From IMG/VR virus record IMGVR_UViG_3300020718_000010, positions 27,035-91,034 of that record: a stretch of 64,000 nucleotides of DNA. One strand, written 5' to 3'. Of this stretch, positions 50,697 through 58,876 are shown one piece after another; the stretch's first letter is position 1; each line of letters begins with the position of its first letter. The translations under genes and the position numbers were made by a program. Source of the stretch: a virus. Taxonomy: Duplodnaviria > Caudoviricetes. Under the pieces are notes generated by a model. The model did not search any database. It was not told where the DNA came from and saw only the letters and a program-made list of their open reading frames with translations.

Positions 50697-52702
50697 TATG
50701 CAATGTCTCCAGTTACTAACCAAGTTGTTGAAGAGTATCCGCTGACAGTTCCCAAGTAAATTGCTGTTGCAACGGCGCCGGTTGTACGAAGCGTTGGTGC
50801 ATTTTGAGTTGCACCCGTCGAAATAACAGAGCCAGAGGTTCCAGATATTGAACATCCAGTAGTCGCAGCAACAATTGTCACTGATTGCCCTGCTGTAAAT
50901 CCAGAAGACGGAAGAGTTATTGTCGCCGCAGAAGTAAGAACAATTATGTTTCCGTTATCAGTAGAAGCCAATGTATAGGCGGATGTTTTGGTAGAAACCG
51001 AAGTTGATGCAGCAGTTCCTTGGACACCTTGCGGGCCTTGCGGAATACTAAAGTTAAGAACTGCAGCGCCTGCAGTTCCAGAGTTACTTACTGAAGCACC
51101 AGTGGCATAAGAAACAGTTGTGGTCGTTCCAATTGTCAAACCGCCCTGATTACCCTGTGCCCCAGCAGAGCCAGCAAGACCAGCAAGGTTTACCGTCCAA
51201 GTTGAGAATGTTCCAGAACCAGTAACTGATGTGACATTTACCGTCATTGCGCCGGTGCTTGAACTGTAAGCAGTGACGTTTCCATTCATGTAATTAGATG
51301 AAGAGTTGTAAATCAGCACACCAGAACCAACGGTGTAAGCGAGGTTTGTTCCAACCGTAATTGAAATACTGCCAGTTCCAATTGTTAGTGGTGTCGTACT
51401 TGATGTTATGTAACTGGCACCTTGTGCACCTTGGCTACCAGCAGCGCCTTGATATCCCTGAGGAATGGTGAAGTTAAAAGTAGCAGCAGACGAAGTTCCA
51501 GTATTTGTTACGAGCGCCTGCGTACCCTGCGCCCCCGTAGTAGTTGTTCCAATTGCGACGGTTGCTGAAGAACCTTGAGGTCCAGTAGGCCCAACTCCAC
51601 CAGTTTCAGTAAAAGTAATGTTGTCAGTTCCAATTTTAATTCCGCCACCAGTAAGTGAACCGTTATTCACCTGAATGTACGTTTTACCGGCATCTGCTCC
51701 GTAAATAACCAAGAAATAGTCACCCGGCTCAACTTGGCCAGCAACGTGATTGTCATAGTCAGTTGCACGTGTCAAAACCCATTTAATGCTGCTGGTTCCA
51801 ACGGTGGAGAGTGTGTAAACACCGTTGTATTTTGAGTTTGTATTTGCGGCTACAAGAATTCTGTCTTGATAAACAGGTGTGTAAGTTCCAATTGTTAAAA
51901 CACCATTAGCGTTTGCCGTTATTGTTGCACCAACTCCGGTTCCACCATCTGCACCTGTTGAGCCAACTGCGTATGCACCAGCATTAGTTGCTCCAGAGTC
52001 GTCAACAACTGCAACCGATAAGTGTGCGTTTGTCTGACCGGCCGCCCCTTGAAAACCCTGTGCGCCTTGATACCCTTGAGGAATTCCAAAGTTTAAAATT
52101 GCGGCGCTTGATGTTCCTACGTTTGTAACTGTTGCTGATGAGCCTTGCGAACCAGTGGTAACAGTACCTACTGAAACGCTTGCTTGAAGACCTTGTGCAC
52201 CCTGTGGTCCCTGAGCACCACTTGTCCAATACGGTGTTGAGCCATTTGATGTAAGTACTTGTCCTTGCGTTCCAATACTTAAACGAGCGAGAGAGTTTGC
52301 ACCTGATGCGTAAAGAACGTCACCAGCAGTTGTAACTTTTCCAACTGTTTGCTGAACGGCGTAGTTTGCTTCTTTAAGGTCAGTTGCCGTAAGCACAACA
52401 ACAACCGAAGAGCCAACTGTGTGGCTTTGTGCTGTTGTTCCATCTTGTCCACGTGTGATTCCAGTAATGGTTACTGTTGCGTTTGTCCAAGTGTACGAAC
52501 CGCTTGGGACGTAAACTTTTTCTTCAGTAATTAATCCATAGTCAATTGCTAAGAAGAAACCACCGGCAGAACCAAGAGTTCCCCACGTGACATCTGCACC
52601 AGTAATGGTGATTGTTGTGTCGGATGAACTTATTGCAGGGTTTAGGACGGCGGCTATCGCACCGCCTACATAATCATTTGCTGAATAAGAACTTCTAGCC
52701 AT
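50696..52702 (-). CDS. Fibre protein, short paralog of the giant collagen fibre (668 aa)
   Basis: Same ~165-aa N-terminus as 41560..47154; short GXQ stubs, three IGT...NF.IPQG knots; ends WLVTGDIA. Confidence 0.8.
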   Translation of the reverse strand: MARSSYSANDYVGGAIAAVLNPAISSSDTTITITGADVTWGTLGSAGGFFLAIDYGLITEEKVYVPSGSYTWTNATVTITGITRGQDGTTAQSHTVGSSVVVVLTATDLKEANYAVQQTVGKVTTAGDVLYASGANSLARLSIGTQGQVLTSNGSTPYWTSGAQGPQGAQGLQASVSVGTVTTGSQGSSATVTNVGTSSAAILNFGIPQGYQGAQGFQGAAGQTNAHLSVAVVDDSGATNAGAYAVGSTGADGGTGVGATITANANGVLTIGTYTPVYQDRILVAANTNSKYNGVYTLSTVGTSSIKWVLTRATDYDNHVAGQVEPGDYFLVIYGADAGKTYIQVNNGSLTGGGIKIGTDNITFTETGGVGPTGPQGSSATVAIGTTTTGAQGTQALVTNTGTSSAATFNFTIPQGYQGAAGSQGAQGASYITSSTTPLTIGTGSISITVGTNLAYTVGSGVLIYNSSSNYMNGNVTAYSSSTGAMTVNVTSVTGSGTFSTWTVNLAGLAGSAGAQGNQGGLTIGTTTTVSYATGASVSNSGTAGAAVLNFSIPQGPQGVQGTAASTSVSTKTSAYTLASTDNGNIIVLTSAATITLPSSGFTAGQSVTIVAATTGCSISGTSGSVISTGATQNAPTLRTTGAVATAIYLGTVSGYSSTTWLVTGDIA

Positions 52703-52731
52703 CTGCGCCCCTGTCTATGGGGTCAAGTCTA

Positions 52732-53406
52732 TTAGTTGCTCAACAACCAAGTAGGCGTGACCTTGAGGGTGTCGTTAGCAGAAAGCGTTGGTGTTGAAGC
52801 GTCCGCAAAATTAGAGAAGTAGAACGCTGTTCCGCTAGTTCCCGAAGATGTGTTTGTAATGAAGTATCCAGTTGCAGCAGGCCATGTTCCAGTTGCGCTG
52901 AAAGTTACGGCTGCTCCGGCTGAGCGCTCACCACTTACTGCGTCACCAGCAGTTACTGTAACGCCAGAGGCCTGAGTGCTTGCAAGTGCTGACGAAAGAA
53001 CAACTTGGTTTCCGTTGATTCCAGTGATTGTCTTTACAGACTCTGTTCCAACAACAATTGACATTCCGACCAAAAGACCGGTTGTAGAAGTAAGGGTAAC
53101 TACCCATGAGCCAGATGATGCTGACGCTGAAGTGGTAGTTGTAAGAAGTGGAGTTGAAGCATTGTAGGCAGTTGCCAATGAAGGTGTTCCAAAACTCACT
53201 GATTGGCGAACGTAGCCAGAACCTGACATTTCGCTAAATGCGCCACCAAAAGTAGCAAGAGTTGCTGTTGCTGCTGGAACTGTTGTTCCTGTGCCGCCCT
53301 GTGTCAGACCTACGTAGTAGGTAACTGATGATGAGGAAGGCGTAGCACCAATGCTCAACTGGTTGAAGATTACGGTCAAGCCAGAGTTGGTGAAAACCTG
53401 CGCCAT
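52732..53406 (-). CDS. Virion structural protein opening the fibre block (224 aa)
   Basis: YYVGL...E.SGSGYVRQSVSF...VTF.ATG.W......I family pattern with an inserted beta-module; good RBS. Confidence 0.65.
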   Translation of the reverse strand: MAQVFTNSGLTVIFNQLSIGATPSSSSVTYYVGLTQGGTGTTVPAATATLATFGGAFSEMSGSGYVRQSVSFGTPSLATAYNASTPLLTTTTSASASSGSWVVTLTSTTGLLVGMSIVVGTESVKTITGINGNQVVLSSALASTQASGVTVTAGDAVSGERSAGAAVTFSATGTWPAATGYFITNTSSGTSGTAFYFSNFADASTPTLSANDTLKVTPTWLLSN

Positions 53407-53462
53407 AGTGGACTCCTAGAGTTCGTGATTACTGTATCTAGTTTGCCACATTTTTTGAATTT

Positions 53463-53957
53463 TTAAGACTTACCGCACTTGCAGTTGCCACCGCACTTGC
53501 AGGCTGCTTTTGGCTGCTTGGCAAGCCATTCACGGTAAAGAATAAGAGCGATGACGTAATAGTTGGCTCCGTCAATGAGACTATCTTCGATTGACTCATT
53601 GGTCATGGTTGAGCCACTCGCAGCCTTTTGAAGGCGTCGATTTTTGTCATTGGCACGAATGAGGCTACCTATCCAGCCCGGAATACCATAGTCCTCGGAT
53701 GCCCTTACGTTTGAGAAAGGGTCTTCTGTACGCCCATAGTCAGACTGCTTACGGTCATGAAGTTCAAGCATTTCCAAAAGTATTTGGCGAAAACGGTCGT
53801 CTTTGCCAGCCATTAGTCGCTCTGTAGGCAACTTTGAAGTTTCTGAATTGGAACTGCTTTGCGAGATTACATACGATGGGTTTCCCTCCATGGCTTTAAT
53901 CCTTGCATCTTCAGCATAGAGAAAATTGTTAATTGATTCGTATGTGTTCTTACTCAC
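53463..53957 (-). CDS. DUF1599 / nucleotide-modification-associated domain (MazG-like) protein with Cys tail (start reassigned to GTG 53957)
   Basis: LHDRKQSDYG...N......G...R.NDK.RRL......NESIEDSLID.ANY.VIALIL; ends CKCGGNCKCGKS. Confidence 0.7.
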   Translation of the reverse strand: MSKNTYESINNFLYAEDARIKAMEGNPSYVISQSSSNSETSKLPTERLMAGKDDRFRQILLEMLELHDRKQSDYGRTEDPFSNVRASEDYGIPGWIGSLIRANDKNRRLQKAASGSTMTNESIEDSLIDGANYYVIALILYREWLAKQPKAACKCGGNCKCGKS

Positions 53958-54441
53958 TTTGGTTTCCTTTTTCTTTAACGGTTTGGTGAATTTCATCAGA
54001 TAAGCGTTTGATTATCTTAGTCATTTCGGCTGTCTTAGCAAGTTCATTTCTTACATCTTTTATTAACTCACTACTTGATTTGGAAATTGTTAAGTGGCTA
54101 AGCGCCTGCTCTGCGGCCACTGCGTCTGCACGCTTGGCTGCAATAAGAAGAATTGCGCCCTGTAAACCAGCGAGCATAGATAGAAACAAATTTAAAAGAA
54201 TGTATGGGTAAGGGTCAAAGCCATGATTTCTAAATGCAAGAGAATTTACAATTCCCCAAATTGCCATGAACCCCAAGAAAGAGCCGACGAACCCCCATGA
54301 ACCCATTCGATTGCGAACTTGGTCCGCCGCTTTTTCACCACGTGTTAATTCATCGCCCGTGCGCACGCCCGGGAGAAGTTCCCAAGGGCTTACATCCCAG
54401 ACTTCATTATCTGTTCCGTCAGTCCATGCAGCATCAGACAT
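53950..54441 (-). CDS. DUF1003-type membrane protein (163 aa)
   Basis: GEKAAD.V...MGSW.F...F...W...N...FDPYPYILLNLFLSMLA.LQ...L; two TM segments and a C-terminal coiled coil. Confidence 0.85.
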   Translation of the reverse strand: MSDAAWTDGTDNEVWDVSPWELLPGVRTGDELTRGEKAADQVRNRMGSWGFVGSFLGFMAIWGIVNSLAFRNHGFDPYPYILLNLFLSMLAGLQGAILLIAAKRADAVAAEQALSHLTISKSSSELIKDVRNELAKTAEMTKIIKRLSDEIHQTVKEKGNQSE

Positions 54442-54781
54442 TTGATAGAACCTCTGCTCTGGTGATGATGTTTACATTTGGAAGATGCTGGAGAATGTTT
54501 GCTTCATTCTTTTTAAATGCGTAAATTTCTTTTTTGGTAGAAACCGCAACAAGCGCTTCAGTCTTTGAATCATTTGATGCAGCCCACCAAGGCAAAACAA
54601 TAACTGCGTCGCAGTCCATGAGAGCCGCTATACGGGCCTTCATTTGCCCCTCAGGGGATTCTTTGCTTGCTAGGCAGACAACCTCAATGCCTTCTTTTGA
54701 AAGCCTTTGAATCGCCTCTGAGAAGACATCGTAATTTCCGTTTGGTATGCCCTCCATTGGGCCCGATAGGTAGTATTTCAT
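54434..54781 (-). CDS. DUF4406 / nucleoside 2-deoxyribosyltransferase-like protein (start reassigned to MKYYLSGPM)
   Basis: YLSGPM.G...N...F...CDAVIVLP.W..S.....E...A; ATGA overlap with the upstream stop. Confidence 0.75.
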   Translation of the reverse strand: MKYYLSGPMEGIPNGNYDVFSEAIQRLSKEGIEVVCLASKESPEGQMKARIAALMDCDAVIVLPWWAASNDSKTEALVAVSTKKEIYAFKKNEANILQHLPNVNIITRAEVLSNV

Positions 54782-56004
54782 ATAATAAGCAAGTCGCCCC
54801 AACCACGTTTTCCGTAGTCAAGACCGATGCCTAGACAAAGAAGACCGGCTGGTGAGTTTTGGCCTGAAGTACCTGTAAACCACTTACTTCCTCCATCAAG
54901 AGCCGGAGTTTGGAAACAGGTTCTACCACTTGCCTCACTTGTAAGAAAGTGGTGAAAGTGTCCAGAGAACAAAATGGCTGCGCTTCCAACCGCTTGCTGT
55001 CCCATTACTTGGCCCTTCCACCAATTTTCAATCTTGCCTTGTGAACCGCCGCCACCGCTTCTGAATTGGTGACCATGAGCAAAACTGCAGGGTACGCCAG
55101 CAATGTCGTAAGTGAGAGTAAGGTCGTCAGGATTCAAAACTTTATCAATGTCGGGGACAGAAACGTTTGCATAGAAATCGGGATTGCCTGCAAATATTTC
55201 TCCCAATTGCTCAAAGACGGCTAAATCATCATTGTCAGTAAGTGTGGTGAAACTTTTTCCATTTTTTCTGTTTTCTCCGTGGTTTCCGGGTACAGCGCCC
55301 AAGATAATTGGAATGTCAAAGTTCTTTACTAAATCATTTACAAGACGAAGAATTAATCTACGAACAATTCTTACTTGGCTTCTGCGGTCTTGGTCCACTG
55401 AAAAACTTTGTTGCGCATAGTGTCCGTCGCATCCTTCAATTAAATCACCAAGACCCACTACATAAATGTATGAAGGTGCACGGCCTACTTTAATCAATTC
55501 ATTAATTCGTTCTATAACTTTGTCAATGGTGATTATGATTCGCTCAATAAGCGCTTCAGTGCCGCCACCTTCATCTTTTCCTGCTTGCCAGTCAGAGCAC
55601 AAAATAAGAAAAGCACGGTTTCCCGTGCCACCTTTTTTTGCAGCCCTTGGCGCTTTGTATTTCATAACAAGTTCGCAAAGTGCCTCTATGTCTTCTGTGT
55701 CAGCAGCACGTTCTTTGGTGCGAATTGATGCACGGTAATAACGCATACGTTGGACGTTTCCTTCACCAACGTTTGTGTCCCATCCACGAATGTGAACTGA
55801 ACCCTCAACAATTTCTGTTAAGTCTGGTGATAGTCCCCAGTCGGCAATTAGTTCACTCCAAATTGCGGGGTCTGGCTCAACGGCAAGCGCAGGCGTATCA
55901 ATGTAGCCCTTTTTGCCATCCCATTTAATTGTTGGCTCTAAGCCTTTTGGTATTTCGTTCTTATGTCTTTTTGGAAGAGAATCTTCAGCATCACGAAGTG
56001 GCAC
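54778..56004 (-). CDS. Calcineurin-like metallophosphoesterase / Mre11-type nuclease (start reassigned to GTG 56004)
   Basis: Motifs SDWQ, GDLIEG, PGNHG, HGH, GHFH. Confidence 0.8.
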   Translation of the reverse strand: MPLRDAEDSLPKRHKNEIPKGLEPTIKWDGKKGYIDTPALAVEPDPAIWSELIADWGLSPDLTEIVEGSVHIRGWDTNVGEGNVQRMRYYRASIRTKERAADTEDIEALCELVMKYKAPRAAKKGGTGNRAFLILCSDWQAGKDEGGGTEALIERIIITIDKVIERINELIKVGRAPSYIYVVGLGDLIEGCDGHYAQQSFSVDQDRRSQVRIVRRLILRLVNDLVKNFDIPIILGAVPGNHGENRKNGKSFTTLTDNDDLAVFEQLGEIFAGNPDFYANVSVPDIDKVLNPDDLTLTYDIAGVPCSFAHGHQFRSGGGGSQGKIENWWKGQVMGQQAVGSAAILFSGHFHHFLTSEASGRTCFQTPALDGGSKWFTGTSGQNSPAGLLCLGIGLDYGKRGWGDLLII

Positions 56005-56251
56005 GGTAAGCGCCTTTCCACACTGCGTCATCAGGACACATACATTGACCAATGAGATGATGGCGAATCGTCTTCTCGCTGATTTGTACGCCGTCACTTG
56101 CAACGACTCGGACAATGAAATTTACAGGTTTGCGGTCTTTGACCCATCCATCAAATACTTCTCTATCGTCTTTGTCAAAAGACTGATAGGTTACAGATAG
56201 TTTGCAGACCGACCCCTGCTCTAAACGGGCTTGCGCCTCTCTGAATGACAT
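55991..56251 (-). CDS. Hypothetical protein, possibly metal-binding (86 aa)
   Basis: C...I..H..GQCMC pattern; overlaps the phosphoesterase start; TAACTT 6 nt before ATG. Confidence 0.65.
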   Translation of the reverse strand: MSFREAQARLEQGSVCKLSVTYQSFDKDDREVFDGWVKDRKPVNFIVRVVASDGVQISEKTIRHHLIGQCMCPDDAVWKGAYRATS

Positions 56252-56289
56252 ACGTGTAAGTTACACCATGCCGAGGAAAAAAGCGAGGA

Positions 56290-56583
56290 TTATTTCTCGG
56301 AAGTTTTTACAGCCTTGGCAGCCGTTTTTTTAGCAGGAGCCTTTTTGGCTGGTGCTTTCTTTACTGCTTTTTTTACCTCAACCGCTTTGGCGGGAGTTTC
56401 TACTACGGGCGTGTTGTTAAGTCCTTGGACTTCATCTTGACCTAGGGGTTTCGCCCAACCCATGGTTTCGACGTAAAACTTTCCTTGCCATGTCCAATCT
56501 TGGCTAGAAGCGAAAGAGCCCGCCTCCAGCATCGTACCGTTGTGAGGAAAACTTTTAACGATACGATGCGTGAAAGCGGGCAT
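56290..56583 (-). CDS. Small head-associated protein with histone-like PAKK tail (97 aa; start reassigned to MPAFTH)
   Basis: Starts 16 nt after the capsid stop; ends KKAVKKAPAKKAPAKKTAAKAVK. Confidence 0.7.
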   Translation of the reverse strand: MPAFTHRIVKSFPHNGTMLEAGSFASSQDWTWQGKFYVETMGWAKPLGQDEVQGLNNTPVVETPAKAVEVKKAVKKAPAKKAPAKKTAAKAVKTSEK

Positions 56584-56599
56584 ACTTTCTAATTTAAAA

Positions 56600-57604
56600 C
56601 TAGGCGATGATGTTTGACCAGAAGTAACCGAGGTCTGCAGCAACAACTTTGTTGTCGAATGCAACTTCAGCCTCAACACGGTCAGCCTTCAACTCTTCCA
56701 TACGGAAGCGTGAAACACCAACAGTTGAGCCAAGTCCACCAGAAACGCCAGTCCACATGAATGTGTAACCAGCAGATGGTGTCAAGAGGCCCGGGTTAGG
56801 TGCGGTGTAGCAAAGTAGCGCTGAGTTACCAGTTGTGAAACCGTATGACTGAGCGTTAGTGCCTTCCTTACCTGAGTTAACTACTGCCTTAGCAACGAGT
56901 ACACGGTCAACACCGAAGAGTTGCGCAAGCAAGTCTTCAGTAATGATTGCACCGGCTTGGGTGTACTTGTAACGGTCAACGAGCAATGGGTGATTCTTAA
57001 GCATTTGGAATACTTTGTAACCAAGCACGAATGTGTTTGGCTCGTATCCAGTGGTGCTTAGAATCTGTGCCTTAGCGGCGTCCACTACTTCAATTGGGTT
57101 AGAAGTGTATGTAGTTGGTGCTGAAACATAGTCGTTCCAGAACGCAGTTGTGGTTGTTCCGTTTGGTGAGGCGTTTCCTGCAACATCTCCACCGGTCCAT
57201 ACGCCTGCGGCGAAGAAGTCGGTAGCCCATTGAACTTCACGACGAAGAAGAAGACGCTGTGTTACAAATTGCGTTGCTTCCATGTCTGGGTTAAGTGGGT
57301 TGTCTGCGTTAGCACGAGTCTGGTCACCGATGTCCTTGTGAAAGGCGTACACGTCTGTGGTGTAGTTGTCGGTGGTCAGTCCGTAGCCTGAACCTGCTGA
57401 AGCAGTGCCGTCTGAACGACGTTGTGCTTCGTCACGGAACCAGTCGTCCTTGGTGTACTTGAAGTATAGGTTACTCTTCTTGTCCACTGGAACTACTGGG
57501 AATACTTTGTCTGCAATAAAGTTTGCAGTGTTCTGAATGTAAGCAACCGAGATGTTAGTCAAAATTGCGTCAATGTGAACATTATTTACGTTTGGCTGTG
57601 GCAT
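56600..57604 (-). CDS. Major capsid protein (lambda gpE-like family, 334 aa)
   Basis: P...VHIDAILTNISVAY.Q..FIADKVFPVVPV.K.S..Y; follows scaffold and cement genes; strong RBS. Confidence 0.9.
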   Translation of the reverse strand: MPQPNVNNVHIDAILTNISVAYIQNTANFIADKVFPVVPVDKKSNLYFKYTKDDWFRDEAQRRSDGTASAGSGYGLTTDNYTTDVYAFHKDIGDQTRANADNPLNPDMEATQFVTQRLLLRREVQWATDFFAAGVWTGGDVAGNASPNGTTTTAFWNDYVSAPTTYTSNPIEVVDAAKAQILSTTGYEPNTFVLGYKVFQMLKNHPLLVDRYKYTQAGAIITEDLLAQLFGVDRVLVAKAVVNSGKEGTNAQSYGFTTGNSALLCYTAPNPGLLTPSAGYTFMWTGVSGGLGSTVGVSRFRMEELKADRVEAEVAFDNKVVAADLGYFWSNIIA

Positions 57605-57619
57605 GGTTTATGTCCTTCC

Positions 57620-58057
57620 TTATGCCGCACGAGCAGCGTTTGCACAACTGATAGCAACGGTAACAATGTCACCAGATACTCCAGCCGACAAAGCGGTGCC
57701 TAGGATGTATTGAGTTGTCGCAGTTCCGGCAACAATTGCAACGGCTTGGCCAGTTGCGTTTACGCCGATTACTGAACCAACGCTGATGTTTCCACCGGCT
57801 TGAACTTTGCAAACACCAGAAACAGTTACTTCTGCTTCTGAGTATCCTTGAGTTGCGCCTGCTGCGTTAGTGTAAATCTTTGGCTGGTTCTGAAGAACGC
57901 CAATTGGACGCTGTGTGATTGCAGTGATTGCAGTTGCGCTTGGTGTGCCTGTGATGGCAGTTGAAGGAGCAACAAACAAGAACTGGCTTGCAGCAGTAAG
58001 TGATGAGTCTGCTACGAGCGTAATCTTTACAGCATATGGATTCTGTTCAAATGCCAT
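57620..58057 (-). CDS. Capsid cement/decoration protein (DUF2190-like, 145 aa)
   Basis: IGVLQN.P...AEV.VSGVCKV.AGG.I.VG......G.AV...LG.AL.AG..GDIVTV. Confidence 0.8.
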   Translation of the reverse strand: MAFEQNPYAVKITLVADSSLTAASQFLFVAPSTAITGTPSATAITAITQRPIGVLQNQPKIYTNAAGATQGYSEAEVTVSGVCKVQAGGNISVGSVIGVNATGQAVAIVAGTATTQYILGTALSAGVSGDIVTVAISCANAARAA

Positions 58058-58059
58058 GA

Positions 58060-58770
58060 TTAACGACCTTTCTCGTTAAGGTACTGTGTGTACAGGTCTG
58101 GATTGCTTTGAGCAACAGACATGAGTGCTGATTCAAATGAAGGAGCAACGCCGTCTGCAACAGCAGACTTAGCAAGTGATTCCATCTTTGAGTAAGCGTC
58201 ATTGACTGAAACAGTTGAGTCGCTGCCGATTTCAGTGAAGACAGCATTTGTCTCTACTTGTGCGTTAGCGGCATCAAGAGCCTTAACAATCTCTGAAGCA
58301 AGAACTTCGTCTGTCTCTGAGAGACGACGGAGTGCAGGTCCTACGATTGAAGGGTCAATGCTGAGGTGAGACCAAGCCGAAGCCTTAACAACTGCTGCTT
58401 CGTCCGCACGTGCGTCACGCTCTTTGCGAAGTTCTGCCTGAAGGGCAGCGCTTTCGCTTAGAGCAGCCTCGGCGTTAGCCGTTGCTTCTGTGAGCATCTT
58501 ACGAATCGCTGCAGGCATTGCCTTTAGGATGTCGGCGTCAGTCGCTTCCTCAGGGATGATAACAACCTCTGGGGTTTCTGACATAGTTTCCTCCTTGGAA
58601 ACAGGTGTGATTGCCTCTACAGGGGAATCTGTAGGGCGCAGTTCGTCAAGAACCGCCGTTACTTCGGATGACTCCGCAGACTTCATAACGACCCAACCTT
58701 CAGTGAGGTGAGCAGGGTGGTCTACACCGCTCGTCTCTTGAATGTTAAGACGCACTAACTTTCGTGCCAC
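58060..58770 (-). CDS. Capsid scaffolding / maturation protein (236 aa)
   Basis: L.I.ETSGVDHPAH..EGWVVMK N-terminus and acidic coiled-coil body; first gene of the head operon. Confidence 0.75.
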   Translation of the reverse strand: MARKLVRLNIQETSGVDHPAHLTEGWVVMKSAESSEVTAVLDELRPTDSPVEAITPVSKEETMSETPEVVIIPEEATDADILKAMPAAIRKMLTEATANAEAALSESAALQAELRKERDARADEAAVVKASAWSHLSIDPSIVGPALRRLSETDEVLASEIVKALDAANAQVETNAVFTEIGSDSTVSVNDAYSKMESLAKSAVADGVAPSFESALMSVAQSNPDLYTQYLNEKGR

Positions 58771-58816
58771 GTAATCTCCTTACGACTTTCTTTACCAAAG
58801 GGCTAACCCAATGGTC

Positions 58817-58856
58817 TTGACAAACAAAAGCGTAGAACCCTTTTCTGTTTTGTCAA
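58817..58856 (-). promoter_or_regulatory. Head-operon promoter TTGACA-N16-TACGCT inside an inverted repeat
   Basis: -35 at 58851-58856, -10 at 58829-58834; TTGACAAA (58817-58824) and TTTGTCAA (58849-58856) form an inverted repeat. Confidence 0.65.
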
Positions 58857-58876
58857 TAGTTGAAATGTAGGAGGTG

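Noticed and set aside
348-53167. Many short plus-strand and alternative-frame ORFs in the track
   Set aside because: They are shadows of long minus-strand genes (especially Gly/Thr-rich and collagen codon patterns), with no RBS or recognisable motifs.
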